NCBI GenBank assembly: GCA_965226795.1
Contig: CBDDDZ010000005.1
Location: 2,560,001 to 2,624,000 of the forward strand
Length of the DNA stretch: 64,000 bases
Reading direction: 5' to 3'
Origin: Candidatus Latescibacterota bacterium
GTDB lineage: Bacteria; Latescibacterota; UBA2968; GCA-2709665
Below the pieces are notes generated by a model. It saw only the letters and a list, made by a program, of their open reading frames with translations. It was not told where the DNA came from and made no database searches. Positions 1 through 8,946 of the stretch are shown here, piece after piece; within the stretch, counting starts at the first letter, position 1; every line of letters starts with the position of its first letter. The translations under genes were made by a program, and so were the position numbers.

Positions 1-140
1 ATCAGGAGTCCGTCAAGCACGAGTTCGCCCGCCGCGTTCGGACCGAACAACGATTCGGGCGTCCGATCGGCATGACAGGCCGATATCAGCAAGCAGCATG
101 CGACAGCCAAGCGTTTATGGGCTGCAATCCGCGAATTCAT
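1..140 (-). CDS. Lipoprotein, DUF4249-like partner of the TonB-dependent receptor (5' part only, runs off the window edge)
   Basis: Hand-translated, not in the ORF track. GGAG RBS, then MNSRIAAHKRLAVACCLLISACHADRTPESLFGPNAAGELVLDGLL, with a lipobox-like ISAC. Directly downstream of the receptor on the same strand. Confidence 0.6.
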   Translation of the reverse strand, partial: MNSRIAAHKRLAVACCLLISACHADRTPESLFGPNAAGELVLDGLL

Positions 141-236
141 CACAAGGATCTCCCGTGCCGGGACACCGGCAGGAACGCCGGAAGCCACGAAAGGCGCATC
201 GATGGCGGGTCCGGCGACGTCAGATCCGTTCGTGTT

Positions 237-2474
237 TCAAAAGGCATAATTGATCCCCACCGTCGGAACGATCGGCAACATCTTCACGACCTCCGGATCG
301 GTTTGAACGGAATCCGGATCGAATTGCACAAACCATTCGTTTCGGTGGCTATAGACGTTAAACACCTGAAGGAACGCCTCGGCGTCCGCACCGAAAAGAC
401 GGATTCCACGCTTGACGCTCAGGTCCAACCTGTGGTACGGCAGCAATCGCGCGCTGTTCCGGTCCGCCGGCAGCGCATAGTTCCCGGTTCTTGCCTCGGG
501 CTCGGCGGGCCGCCTCAATCTGTATACCGCGGACGCCGGCGTAAACGCCTGCCCCGTCGCGTACAGCAGGTTGGCGCCAAAGGTCCACCTGCCCACGCGC
601 CAGTTGCTCACAAAAGAGAGATCGTGGCGCCGATCGTACTTTGGCGGAAACCGTTTCCCGCCGTTCAACTCCGCGAATCGTCGGCGCGTCCATCCCAGCG
701 TGTATCCGATCCAACCGGTGACCGACCCCGTGCGCTTCTGCAGGAAGAACTCAACGCCGGCAGCGACTCCGGTTCCGCCGCTCACAAACGTGTCTTCGGA
801 GGTGCCCGCTTCGGAGCCGACGGCAACGTTGTTGTCGAAAATCACCAGGTTTGCAAAGTCCGTATAGTACCCTTCCAGCGAAAGGTGATACCGCTTCGAC
901 GGTTCCCATTCCAAGCCCGCCACCCCCTGCCAGGAACGGCCGGGCTCCACGGTCTGGTCGAGAGGGACCCAGAGGTCGCCGCCACTGAACGCCTCGGTGG
1001 TCACGAACTGGAGGTACTGCCTGTATGACCCGCCGCCCAACTTCATCTTCAACGTCGGCGTGAACCCGTGGCTGAGGGCAAGTCGAGGCTCGAAGTGAAG
1101 CCGGTCGCCTTCGCTGAAATAGTTCGCGCGCGCGCCCAACCTCACGCTGGTCTCCGCCCGCGGCTGCCACAGATCCTGCACGTACGCCGAAAACAAGAAC
1201 GGGTTTTCGCGGATATCCAATTGATCGACCTGATTGAAACTCTGTTTGAACGCGAAGTCGAACCATGTGGCCAGAAACCCGGAATTCAACGAATGCCGGC
1301 TGCTCGCGAAAAAGTCCAGATCGCCCTTGAGCGTGAAATCCCGAATCCCGTTGGAAAACAGGATGGGGGTCTCGATCACGCGCAATTCCGTGTTACTTTC
1401 GTATCTGCTTCCCGAGACCACGAGATTTCCGAAAATCGCAGGCGAAAAAACGTGAGTCCATCGGCCCGTGAAAGCCGTATTGCCCCACCGTACGTTAAAA
1501 AAACTCCCGTCTTCGAAGTCGAAATTCAAGTCGTCGCGTCCGAAATATCCGCTGAACATCAGCTTGTCGCCATCTCCGAAATCATGATTAAACTTTGCAT
1601 TGGTATCGTAGAAATAATAGAACGGCACATCGGTGTCTTCGTCCCTTATCAGGGAAAGAACCGGTTCCAGATACGTCCGACGGCCGGAGACCATCCAGGA
1701 ACCGTTGCCCGCCGGTCCCTCCAGGGTCATTCGCGTTGAAATCAGGCTGATACCCCCCGTTCCCTCGAATCCCTTCCGGTTGCCGTCGCGGTTGCGCACG
1801 TCCAGAACGGAACCGAGCCTCCCGCCGTATTGGGCAGGATAGGCGCCCTTGTGCAGGCTCATATCCTTAATGGCGTCGGGATTGAAAGTGGAGAAGAAAC
1901 CGAACGCGTGCGTCGGATTATACAGCGGGATCTGATCCAGCAGGATCAGCGTCTGGTCCGGTCCGCCGCCCCGGATATACAACCCGCTGCTGATATCCGA
2001 AGCCGCCTGTATGCCGGGCAGTAACTGAAGGCTGCGCAGCAGGTCCGTTTCGCCAACGGCGGGCAACTCCTGCAACTGCGCCGTCTCCAGCGTCACAAAA
2101 CCCGTCTGTATATTTCGCTCGACCTCGTACGGGTCCGCTTCAACCACGATCTCCCGGGATAAAATCGGCTTGGGAATCAACTGCACATTCAGCTCCCGAA
2201 ACTCGGCCCCGGAAAAACGAATCGTATCCACAAAGCTTCGGTATCCGATGTAGGAGACGACAATCGTATATTCTCCGGGAGGAATGTGCTGGACCGCGTA
2301 GTACCCGTCCACGTTGCTCAACGCGCCCAGCGGCGACGTGGCTCCTCTCAAAACCACATTCGAATAGGGAAGCGACTCACCGCTGGTGCCGTCGGTCACG
2401 AATCCGCTCAACGTGGCCGCCCACACCCCGACAGGAAAAAGAAAAGCAAGTGCCAGTATCCGCATCCGGTTCAC
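237..2474 (-). CDS. TonB-dependent receptor (N-terminal carboxypeptidase-regulatory-like domain, plug, beta-barrel)
   Basis: Signal peptide; LSGFVTD..GESLPYSNV domain; plug motifs LQLLPGI, YIRGG, KGAYPAQYGGRLGSV; YDRRH; C-terminal Phe. Confidence 0.93.
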   Translation of the reverse strand: MNRMRILALAFLFPVGVWAATLSGFVTDGTSGESLPYSNVVLRGATSPLGALSNVDGYYAVQHIPPGEYTIVVSYIGYRSFVDTIRFSGAEFRELNVQLIPKPILSREIVVEADPYEVERNIQTGFVTLETAQLQELPAVGETDLLRSLQLLPGIQAASDISSGLYIRGGGPDQTLILLDQIPLYNPTHAFGFFSTFNPDAIKDMSLHKGAYPAQYGGRLGSVLDVRNRDGNRKGFEGTGGISLISTRMTLEGPAGNGSWMVSGRRTYLEPVLSLIRDEDTDVPFYYFYDTNAKFNHDFGDGDKLMFSGYFGRDDLNFDFEDGSFFNVRWGNTAFTGRWTHVFSPAIFGNLVVSGSRYESNTELRVIETPILFSNGIRDFTLKGDLDFFASSRHSLNSGFLATWFDFAFKQSFNQVDQLDIRENPFLFSAYVQDLWQPRAETSVRLGARANYFSEGDRLHFEPRLALSHGFTPTLKMKLGGGSYRQYLQFVTTEAFSGGDLWVPLDQTVEPGRSWQGVAGLEWEPSKRYHLSLEGYYTDFANLVIFDNNVAVGSEAGTSEDTFVSGGTGVAAGVEFFLQKRTGSVTGWIGYTLGWTRRRFAELNGGKRFPPKYDRRHDLSFVSNWRVGRWTFGANLLYATGQAFTPASAVYRLRRPAEPEARTGNYALPADRNSARLLPYHRLDLSVKRGIRLFGADAEAFLQVFNVYSHRNEWFVQFDPDSVQTDPEVVKMLPIVPTVGINYAF

Positions 2475-2677
2475 CAGGACGCCTCCCTACACCGTAAATT
2501 GCCGCGCCGGGGAACAGTCCAGCGATTCTCGCGGATCCCGCGGGAATCGAGGTCAATATAGGGGTGACCCCACGCGGGTCCGGAGTCACCAGGGGATATG
2601 TCGCCAGATCTGTTAAATAACCGGATTCCGCGCTCGTACTGCCGTGCCAGAATCCCATGCGGCTGGCATCGGTTTTC

Positions 2678-3709
2678 TCAGGACAACCATTTTAGCAGTC
2701 GAAGGACACCCTGTTTCACCGGATCCCGGTGAATGGACATCGCACCCGCTTCGATTTCCCGAGATCCATGCGATATATACCAATCGTAAGCCTGGATCAT
2801 CATCTCCACGTTGCCGTACCCGGGTTTCCAGCCAAGCTGTTCCATTGGCTCTGAAAGGTCGAAATAGAATGGTTTGTGGTAGGTCAGGTAGTGCCAGGGC
2901 GCAAGCGGACAGATTTTCAGGACATCCAGGACCTTCAATGCAGACACGGTCAATTCGACCGGCAATCCCACAACTTTCGTCTTGCTGCCGGCATGTCTGA
3001 TCGTTGCGTCCAGATCGTTGCGTAGCGTCGAATACCTGTCCGCGCCGATATTAAACACGCCCCGCGTCTCTTTCTCGGCGCCCAGCAGCGCGGCCGTCAC
3101 CAGGTCGTCGACGTGAACAAACTGGAACAGATTGTCGCCGTTGCCAATGACGTAGATATTCCGGTTGTCGCGAATCCATTCGAACAGGATCTGAAAAATG
3201 CCCAACCTGCCTGGCCCTAGAATGGTTCGCGGGCGAAGGATCAGACTGGGCAGTCCTTTTCGGGCAGCCCTTAAAACCTGCTGCTCCGCGGCGAGCTTGG
3301 CCCGACCGTAAATCTCGACAGGCGCCGCCGGGGTCGCACTGGTAATGGGACACGCTTCAGGCACGCCGAATACGGCCGATGACGACATGTGAATGAACAG
3401 CCTGACACCGGCGTCTAAGGCGGCGTGCGCGGCGACCCTCGTGCCTCCGACGTTGACATTCCAGAATTCCGGGCCCGCTTTCGCCAGAGGCACCAGCGCG
3501 ACGTTGTGGTGCACAAATTGCACACCCTTCATCGCCTCCTGCACGCCGCGGCGATCGCCAATATCGCACGTCACAAACTCCGTGCCACGCGGACGGTCCG
3601 GTGAATCGATGACATCCAGGACCCGAACGTCCTCGCCCCTGCCGTGCAGCCTTCGAACGAAATGGCTACCCAGAAAACCCGAACCGCCCGTTACCAGATG
3701 CATTGCCAT
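2678..3709 (-). CDS. NAD-dependent epimerase/dehydratase (extended SDR, 3-beta-HSD-like)
   Basis: TGGSGFLG nucleotide-binding motif; YGRAK catalytic YxxxK. Confidence 0.9.
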   Translation of the reverse strand: MAMHLVTGGSGFLGSHFVRRLHGRGEDVRVLDVIDSPDRPRGTEFVTCDIGDRRGVQEAMKGVQFVHHNVALVPLAKAGPEFWNVNVGGTRVAAHAALDAGVRLFIHMSSSAVFGVPEACPITSATPAAPVEIYGRAKLAAEQQVLRAARKGLPSLILRPRTILGPGRLGIFQILFEWIRDNRNIYVIGNGDNLFQFVHVDDLVTAALLGAEKETRGVFNIGADRYSTLRNDLDATIRHAGSKTKVVGLPVELTVSALKVLDVLKICPLAPWHYLTYHKPFYFDLSEPMEQLGWKPGYGNVEMMIQAYDWYISHGSREIEAGAMSIHRDPVKQGVLRLLKWLS

Positions 3710-4269
3710 GCGGAAGACCTGTCTGCTCCGACGCCGCGAACGACCTCTCGGGCCAGCGCCACCATTTCATAGACCAGGTGCAAAGGTTTAACCCGATAGT
3801 ACCAGAGGCGGTCGACAATACGCTCGTTGGGGAAAATCCTGTAGGGAACCCGGTGGACTCGTGCAATTCCGTAGCCCAACCTGGCAAAGCAATAACGCGC
3901 CCTGTAAGCGTGTATATTGGCGCAGATCAGGTCGACGGGACCCAGCGGCCATCGCTTCCGGTCGAGAAGGTACCTTCGCAGCAGAAGCGCATTGCCGAAG
4001 GTGTCGACATAGCCCGGCGCCGGATAGACGGGACAGTGAATCTGCCCGCAATCCATCCTGGCGTTCAAATAAGTGTACGCAGCCTCCTGCTCGTAGACTT
4101 CGCCGCCAAACCGATTCGCCGGCGCAAGGTACATGACAGTTTCCGTGGTTGCAATCGTGGCCACATAGTCCAATACCTGGCGAAAGACAAAACTGGGCTC
4201 TGGCAGGGTCTTTCCGCGGACGTTTTTGGCCAGACCCTCCGGTACAACGACCAAAGGCCTTGCTGTCAC
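3691..4269 (-). CDS. YdcF/DUF218 (ElyC/SanA)-like protein
   Basis: Probable GTG start at 4269 overlapping the upstream stop (GTGA). DTFGNA resembles the family T-x-E-N-A motif, followed by H..RA...F and a C-terminal YE motif. Confidence 0.55.
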   Translation of the reverse strand: MTARPLVVVPEGLAKNVRGKTLPEPSFVFRQVLDYVATIATTETVMYLAPANRFGGEVYEQEAAYTYLNARMDCGQIHCPVYPAPGYVDTFGNALLLRRYLLDRKRWPLGPVDLICANIHAYRARYCFARLGYGIARVHRVPYRIFPNERIVDRLWYYRVKPLHLVYEMVALAREVVRGVGADRSSAWQCIW

Positions 4270-5309
4270 GGCAGGAATCCCCGGTCGATACACCACCTGA
4301 TGGACCGACGCATGCCCTCCTCCAGGCCGATCCCGGGACGGTAGCCGAGTTCCCGTTCGGCTCTGTCGATTGAACACGCAATGGTTTTATTCATCTCTGA
4401 AAGTACATGCACCTCCTGGCAGTAAAGTCCTGCGCACTGGATCAACCAGTCGCAGGCTAAAGCGAATTCACTGGCTATTGCAGGCAATCTCAACCGCTTG
4501 TGCGCGACGGGCAGGTTGAATTCATGTTCCAGAAGGCTTTCGATGGTGTCGACCGTTTCGTTCATCGTGTAGGGTGTTCGATCTGCAATCCAGTAGGTCT
4601 GTCCATTTGCTTTCTCAATCTGGCCGGCAAGTAGAATGGCCTGACAGAGATTGTCTATGTATGACATGGAACGCCTGTTCTCTCCCCCGCCAACCACCGG
4701 TACGCGCCCGTTCCGGACCAATTTGAAAAATCGCGTCTGCCGCGGCGGTTGACCAGGGCCATAAAACCAGCAGGGACGAAGAATCGTGGTTTCAAGTTTT
4801 CCCGACTCATGTGCCACGTTGACGATATCTTCGGCCAGCTTTTTCGACTTGCCGTAACTCATGTATGGCCGATCCGGGGAATTCTCGTCGAACAGGCGCC
4901 CGTTATCCGTGTGATAACCTGCCGGACTGTTGGATGAAATCATCACCAGACGCTTCACGCCGTGCTTCACGGCGCAGTCGACGATATTGCGTGCGCCGCC
5001 CGTATTCACGTCGTAAAACTCCCTGACTCGCTTCGGATGTATGGTACCCATAAGATGAAAAAGCGTGGCGCCCTCGCATTCTCCGAAAAACGGCTGCAGG
5101 GACGCCTTGTCGCGTACATCTCCTTCCACCACGCTGACCTTCGGGGAAAAGCCGCGAAGCTCCTCCGAGTTGACGCCGTTCAATACAAAACAACGTATGC
5201 GGCGTTCCGCATACGGTTCCGTGAGCGACGGCATACCAGGCAGGCCATTGACGATCGTATCGACCAGACGGGTGCCCAGCCATCCTGGCGCACCGGTGAT
5301 CAGGATCAT
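4266..5309 (-). CDS. NAD-dependent epimerase/dehydratase (extended SDR)
   Basis: Start trimmed to MILITGAPGWLG (AAGGA upstream); YGKSK; LRPCWFYGP. Confidence 0.9.
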   Translation of the reverse strand: MILITGAPGWLGTRLVDTIVNGLPGMPSLTEPYAERRIRCFVLNGVNSEELRGFSPKVSVVEGDVRDKASLQPFFGECEGATLFHLMGTIHPKRVREFYDVNTGGARNIVDCAVKHGVKRLVMISSNSPAGYHTDNGRLFDENSPDRPYMSYGKSKKLAEDIVNVAHESGKLETTILRPCWFYGPGQPPRQTRFFKLVRNGRVPVVGGGENRRSMSYIDNLCQAILLAGQIEKANGQTYWIADRTPYTMNETVDTIESLLEHEFNLPVAHKRLRLPAIASEFALACDWLIQCAGLYCQEVHVLSEMNKTIACSIDRAERELGYRPGIGLEEGMRRSIRWCIDRGFLP

Positions 5310-5449
5310 GCGTGCAATTTCCTTCCTTCCATCGAAAATTCCCGACCGGCCGCTACCAATCGCAATTCGGTTCCCACACAAACCAATAGTGGACGGGACG
5401 AACTCCTTGCCCTGGACTTTTCGGGCGCCCGGTCAGGCAACGGTAGACG

Positions 5450-5866
5450 CTATGCCACACTGGCCCCGACCCACTCGCTCCTGTTGCCGGTGATATCGAC
5501 GACATTTCCGTCCGGATCCAGCACCTTGAACGAGACCGGCGGACGGACATGAGGATCGACCGGGTTGCGCTCTTTCACGTTCTCTCGCACCACCTCCGCT
5601 CCCCAGGCCACCACGCGGGCCCAGGTCGCGTCCAGGTCTTCCACGATCACGCCGAAATGGATATATTCGTCTCCCTCCAGGAGCAGCGGTCGATTCGAAT
5701 CCTTCGGCTGCTGAATCAACGTAATGTTGTTTGTTCCGTCACTCATATCCAGAGCATCGCCACGCGGACGGAGCGCAACAAAACGCCAGCCGATCACCTC
5801 CTCGTAAAACCGCCTGGACAGTTCCATATCGGCGCAACGCAGCGCCAGATGCCGCAACAGACCCAT
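5450..5866 (-). CDS. VOC/glyoxalase family protein
   Basis: LRHLAL..DMELSRRFY, HFG and DPDGN motifs; AGGAG RBS. Confidence 0.88.
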   Translation of the reverse strand: MGLLRHLALRCADMELSRRFYEEVIGWRFVALRPRGDALDMSDGTNNITLIQQPKDSNRPLLLEGDEYIHFGVIVEDLDATWARVVAWGAEVVRENVKERNPVDPHVRPPVSFKVLDPDGNVVDITGNRSEWVGASVA

Positions 5867-5940
5867 GGTGTCCTCCTTATTAGTCGGTTCCCGATATGGA
5901 GTTGTCCGGGTTCTCCCGCTGAACTCCTTGACCGCACAAC

Positions 5941-6921
5941 CTATAGGATACCTGCGGCACGGAGAACCGTTTCCTGCGCGATCAATTCATGATCCAGTGA
6001 ACGCACCGGCGGTTTCCGGCCCCTGATCTCCGCGACCATGGAGCGCAAGCTCCCGACGTACCTCGGCTCGTTCTCAACGGGCACCGTCTGCCATCCCCTG
6101 CTGAAGCCGTCGCGATCCTCGTCCAGACAGAGGCGTACCACCGGGTCGGGCTCGAGCGGCTCCATTACGATGCTCCCTCGCGTGCCGTACACCTCGAACC
6201 GCCGCGAAGGAAAGGCGGATACCTCCAATGCGGAAGACTCGACAATTGCCAACGCGTTTTCGTATTCAAAGATCGCCGCGGTATTATCCCTGAAAGCCGG
6301 CGCGGTTCCGCGCTCGTTCCTGAGGAACGAAGTCACCCGGTCCGGGCGTCCCAAAACCGCCACCACGATATCCATCAGATGGCATAGCAACTCAAACAGA
6401 ATGCCGCCCTCGTGTACGGCCAATTCCTGTCGTCTGGCGTCGTCAACCAGCGTGGACATCCGCCCCCGAACGGAAAAAACGTCCCCGAGCCTGCCGGATT
6501 TCACCCAGTCCAGGATAAATTGAAATCCGGCGTTGTAACGGAACATATACCCGAGCTGAAGCAGCAGGCCCTTTTCCCTGGCCATGGCGACCAGACTCTG
6601 AAATTTCTCCCAGTCATCCCCCGCCGGCTTGTCCAGCCAGACATGTTTGCCTCGTTCCAGCGCCTCGCGGGCGAATTCCAGATTCTGCGCTATCGCGCCT
6701 TCCACCGCGACAGCCGCGATGGACGCGTCGTCGAGCATGTCTTCTTTGGCCTCGAACCAGTTGACACCGGCATACGCCTCGATTGCGCCTCGCGCCGCCC
6801 GCACGGACGGGTCCGGCTCATACACGCCGCAGAAAGACACGTCCGGATTGGCTTTCAATACTGACGCCTTGCCCGCGGCGTGCGAATGCAGGATACCGTA
6901 TTGCGCAAACTTGACTTTCAT
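5941..6921 (-). CDS. Gfo/Idh/MocA family oxidoreductase
   Basis: GKHVWLDKP, GYMFRYN and GTRGS motifs; start trimmed to MKVKF. Confidence 0.9.
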   Translation of the reverse strand: MKVKFAQYGILHSHAAGKASVLKANPDVSFCGVYEPDPSVRAARGAIEAYAGVNWFEAKEDMLDDASIAAVAVEGAIAQNLEFAREALERGKHVWLDKPAGDDWEKFQSLVAMAREKGLLLQLGYMFRYNAGFQFILDWVKSGRLGDVFSVRGRMSTLVDDARRQELAVHEGGILFELLCHLMDIVVAVLGRPDRVTSFLRNERGTAPAFRDNTAAIFEYENALAIVESSALEVSAFPSRRFEVYGTRGSIVMEPLEPDPVVRLCLDEDRDGFSRGWQTVPVENEPRYVGSLRSMVAEIRGRKPPVRSLDHELIAQETVLRAAGIL

Positions 6922-7088
6922 CGTTCCCTTCCAGCGTGAGACGACAGAGAGTCCCGGCAGACCGGGTCTCATTTGGATTTACAGGCAGCAGCTCTTCGTG
7001 TGCTCCGGGAGCATCGGGGCACGCGTTGCCACTAGTAACGTTAGACCACTCTTTGCCCTGACGTTAAACCGGTCTGGACGCCGTCATC

Positions 7089-8063
7089 CTAGAACGGCGT
7101 CTGTACGCCCAGTTCCGCCGCAACCTTTGCCAGGTCCCTCTGGTGATCCGGCCCGATCGGAATCCCCTCAACAGCCCAGGTACGCTCCCGTTCCCATTCC
7201 AGGGCTCCCGGAAGCAACGCGCGGTCCTCGCCGGGAAACGGTTGAAGTCCTCTCACGGCGGCTATAAAGTCGTCCATCTGACGACGAAACGCGTCCGGCG
7301 ACGCGAAACCGGAAATATCCACTGCCAGAATAAACGATCCCTGGTTTACCGCCGGCCATTTCGGCTGCGCCTCCTCCACCGTCTGTATCCCCGCCAGCAG
7401 ACCTCCCAGCGCGTGACAGACCGCACCCAGACCCAGACTCTTGAAGAATGAGGAGGGCATGCGATGGAAAATCGTCTCGAATTCCGCGTTCCCCGCCAAC
7501 GCGACACCCGTTGACATGTCCAGAACCAGCGGGTGCTCACGGCCCGACGGAATTGCGAAACTCATTGGCGACGCGCCGTTGGCGGACATGATCCCTTGCG
7601 TTGGCGGCAGACGCCGGACGTGCGACGACACGACAAATCCCGCCATGCCGGCGCCGGATATCACACGGGAATATTTGCCGGCCGCGCCAAAGTGGTGATG
7701 ATTGCGTGTCGCCACCGCTGCCATGCCAGCAGCCCTGGCCTTCTCCACGGCGAGGTGGGCCGCCCGCCACGAAGCAAAATGACCCAACCCTCCGTCCCCA
7801 TCGATCGTACCCGTCGTTGCGGTCTGATGCAAAATGGTTACATCAGGGTTCGGATTCAGGTCGCCGTCGCGCAGGAGACGCAGGTAGCGCGCGGACTGTC
7901 GCGTCCCGTGACTGAACACGCCTCGGATATCGGTACCCACAAGCAGTTCTGCCATCAGCCGCGCCCGGTCCTGGGACATTTCCACCCGCCGATACATGTC
8001 GAACACAAAAGCCCGCATGTCCTCCGGCATCACCCGTACGAATTCCACAGGGACGACATTCAC
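7089..8063 (-). CDS. Ldh_2 family oxidoreductase (malate/L-lactate/ureidoglycolate dehydrogenase-like)
   Basis: RGVFSHG, IDGDGGLG, NHHHFGAAG, LDMST and LPG motifs. Confidence 0.88.
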   Translation of the reverse strand: MNVVPVEFVRVMPEDMRAFVFDMYRRVEMSQDRARLMAELLVGTDIRGVFSHGTRQSARYLRLLRDGDLNPNPDVTILHQTATTGTIDGDGGLGHFASWRAAHLAVEKARAAGMAAVATRNHHHFGAAGKYSRVISGAGMAGFVVSSHVRRLPPTQGIMSANGASPMSFAIPSGREHPLVLDMSTGVALAGNAEFETIFHRMPSSFFKSLGLGAVCHALGGLLAGIQTVEEAQPKWPAVNQGSFILAVDISGFASPDAFRRQMDDFIAAVRGLQPFPGEDRALLPGALEWERERTWAVEGIPIGPDHQRDLAKVAAELGVQTPF

Positions 8064-8104
8064 GCCATATCCCTCCCGGGACCTGCCCCAAAAAAGTCCG
8101 GGAC

Positions 8105-8824
8105 CTACATGATCCCAAACCGGTTAAACGCCTCTCTCGCGGACGTCCCGCCTTCAATTGCCTCCCGAACCCGGTTCTCTCCTCTTGCTTTTTCCAACGC
8201 CAGGTTTATTACGTCGGTCTCGGCGTCGCGTGGTACAATCACCACGCCGTCCAGATCTCCGAACACGATATCACCCGGTGAAACCACGGCTCCGTTCGAA
8301 AACGTGAGTGTACAACGAAAGTCGACCACGCGCCCCCGCACTCGCTGGTCCTGCGCGTATCGACCCGCGCAGAACGTCGGGAAATGCAATTCCAATATAC
8401 CCCGTGTGTCGCGGCTGAATCCGTCCAGAACGGCGCCAGCCGCGCCCAGCTTCATTGCCCTCGTACTCATCAGCTCGCCCCAGAGCGCATAGGTGGGCGA
8501 TGCCCCTGTACATATGTAGACTTCGTTCGCGGTCAGATCATCGACCGCTTCGAACATCAAACCGAACGGCCCTTGGCCGTCCCCGGAACGGATTGTCATG
8601 CCTGTAATATCGGCCTCCAGGACCGGCATCGCCCGACCCACAACGACCATGTCTTCGTGCAGCGGCTGAATCGACGGTGGCAGAAACTGCCTGACCAAGC
8701 CCGCCTCATCCATCACGTCGCCCACAACGGCGGTGAAAAGTTCGCGGTTCATGAGCTCAAAAAGGCTGGCATCGTCCCGCCATTCCGCCATAACGTCGTT
8801 CTCCGAAACTGCGTGTTTGCTCAA
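8105..8824 (-). CDS. RraA family protein (HMG/CHA aldolase-like)
   Basis: VVGRA, ALWGELMS, GAVLDGFSRD and PGDIVFGDLDGVV motifs. Start uncertain. Confidence 0.88.
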   Translation of the reverse strand: MSKHAVSENDVMAEWRDDASLFELMNRELFTAVVGDVMDEAGLVRQFLPPSIQPLHEDMVVVGRAMPVLEADITGMTIRSGDGQGPFGLMFEAVDDLTANEVYICTGASPTYALWGELMSTRAMKLGAAGAVLDGFSRDTRGILELHFPTFCAGRYAQDQRVRGRVVDFRCTLTFSNGAVVSPGDIVFGDLDGVVIVPRDAETDVINLALEKARGENRVREAIEGGTSAREAFNRFGIM

Positions 8825-8946
8825 GTCTGCCGGAACGGGATCGAATAATCCGGTGATTGGATCGAAAACTTCGGTTCCCGACAGCCGGCTGGTCTCGTTA
8901 CGGTGAACATCTTCCGCGCCCTATCGGATTCATGGACGTCTGGGCC

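Noticed and set aside
72..1739. Long plus-strand ORFs opposite the TonB receptor, and similar antisense ORFs at 18272-19585 and 52347-53804
   Set aside because: Shadow ORFs of GC-rich genes: no motifs and complete overlap with well-supported CDSs.
2480..2670. Hairpins upstream of the TonB receptor as a possible cobalamin or TPP riboswitch
   Set aside because: No B12-box or TPP core motifs on the coding strand.
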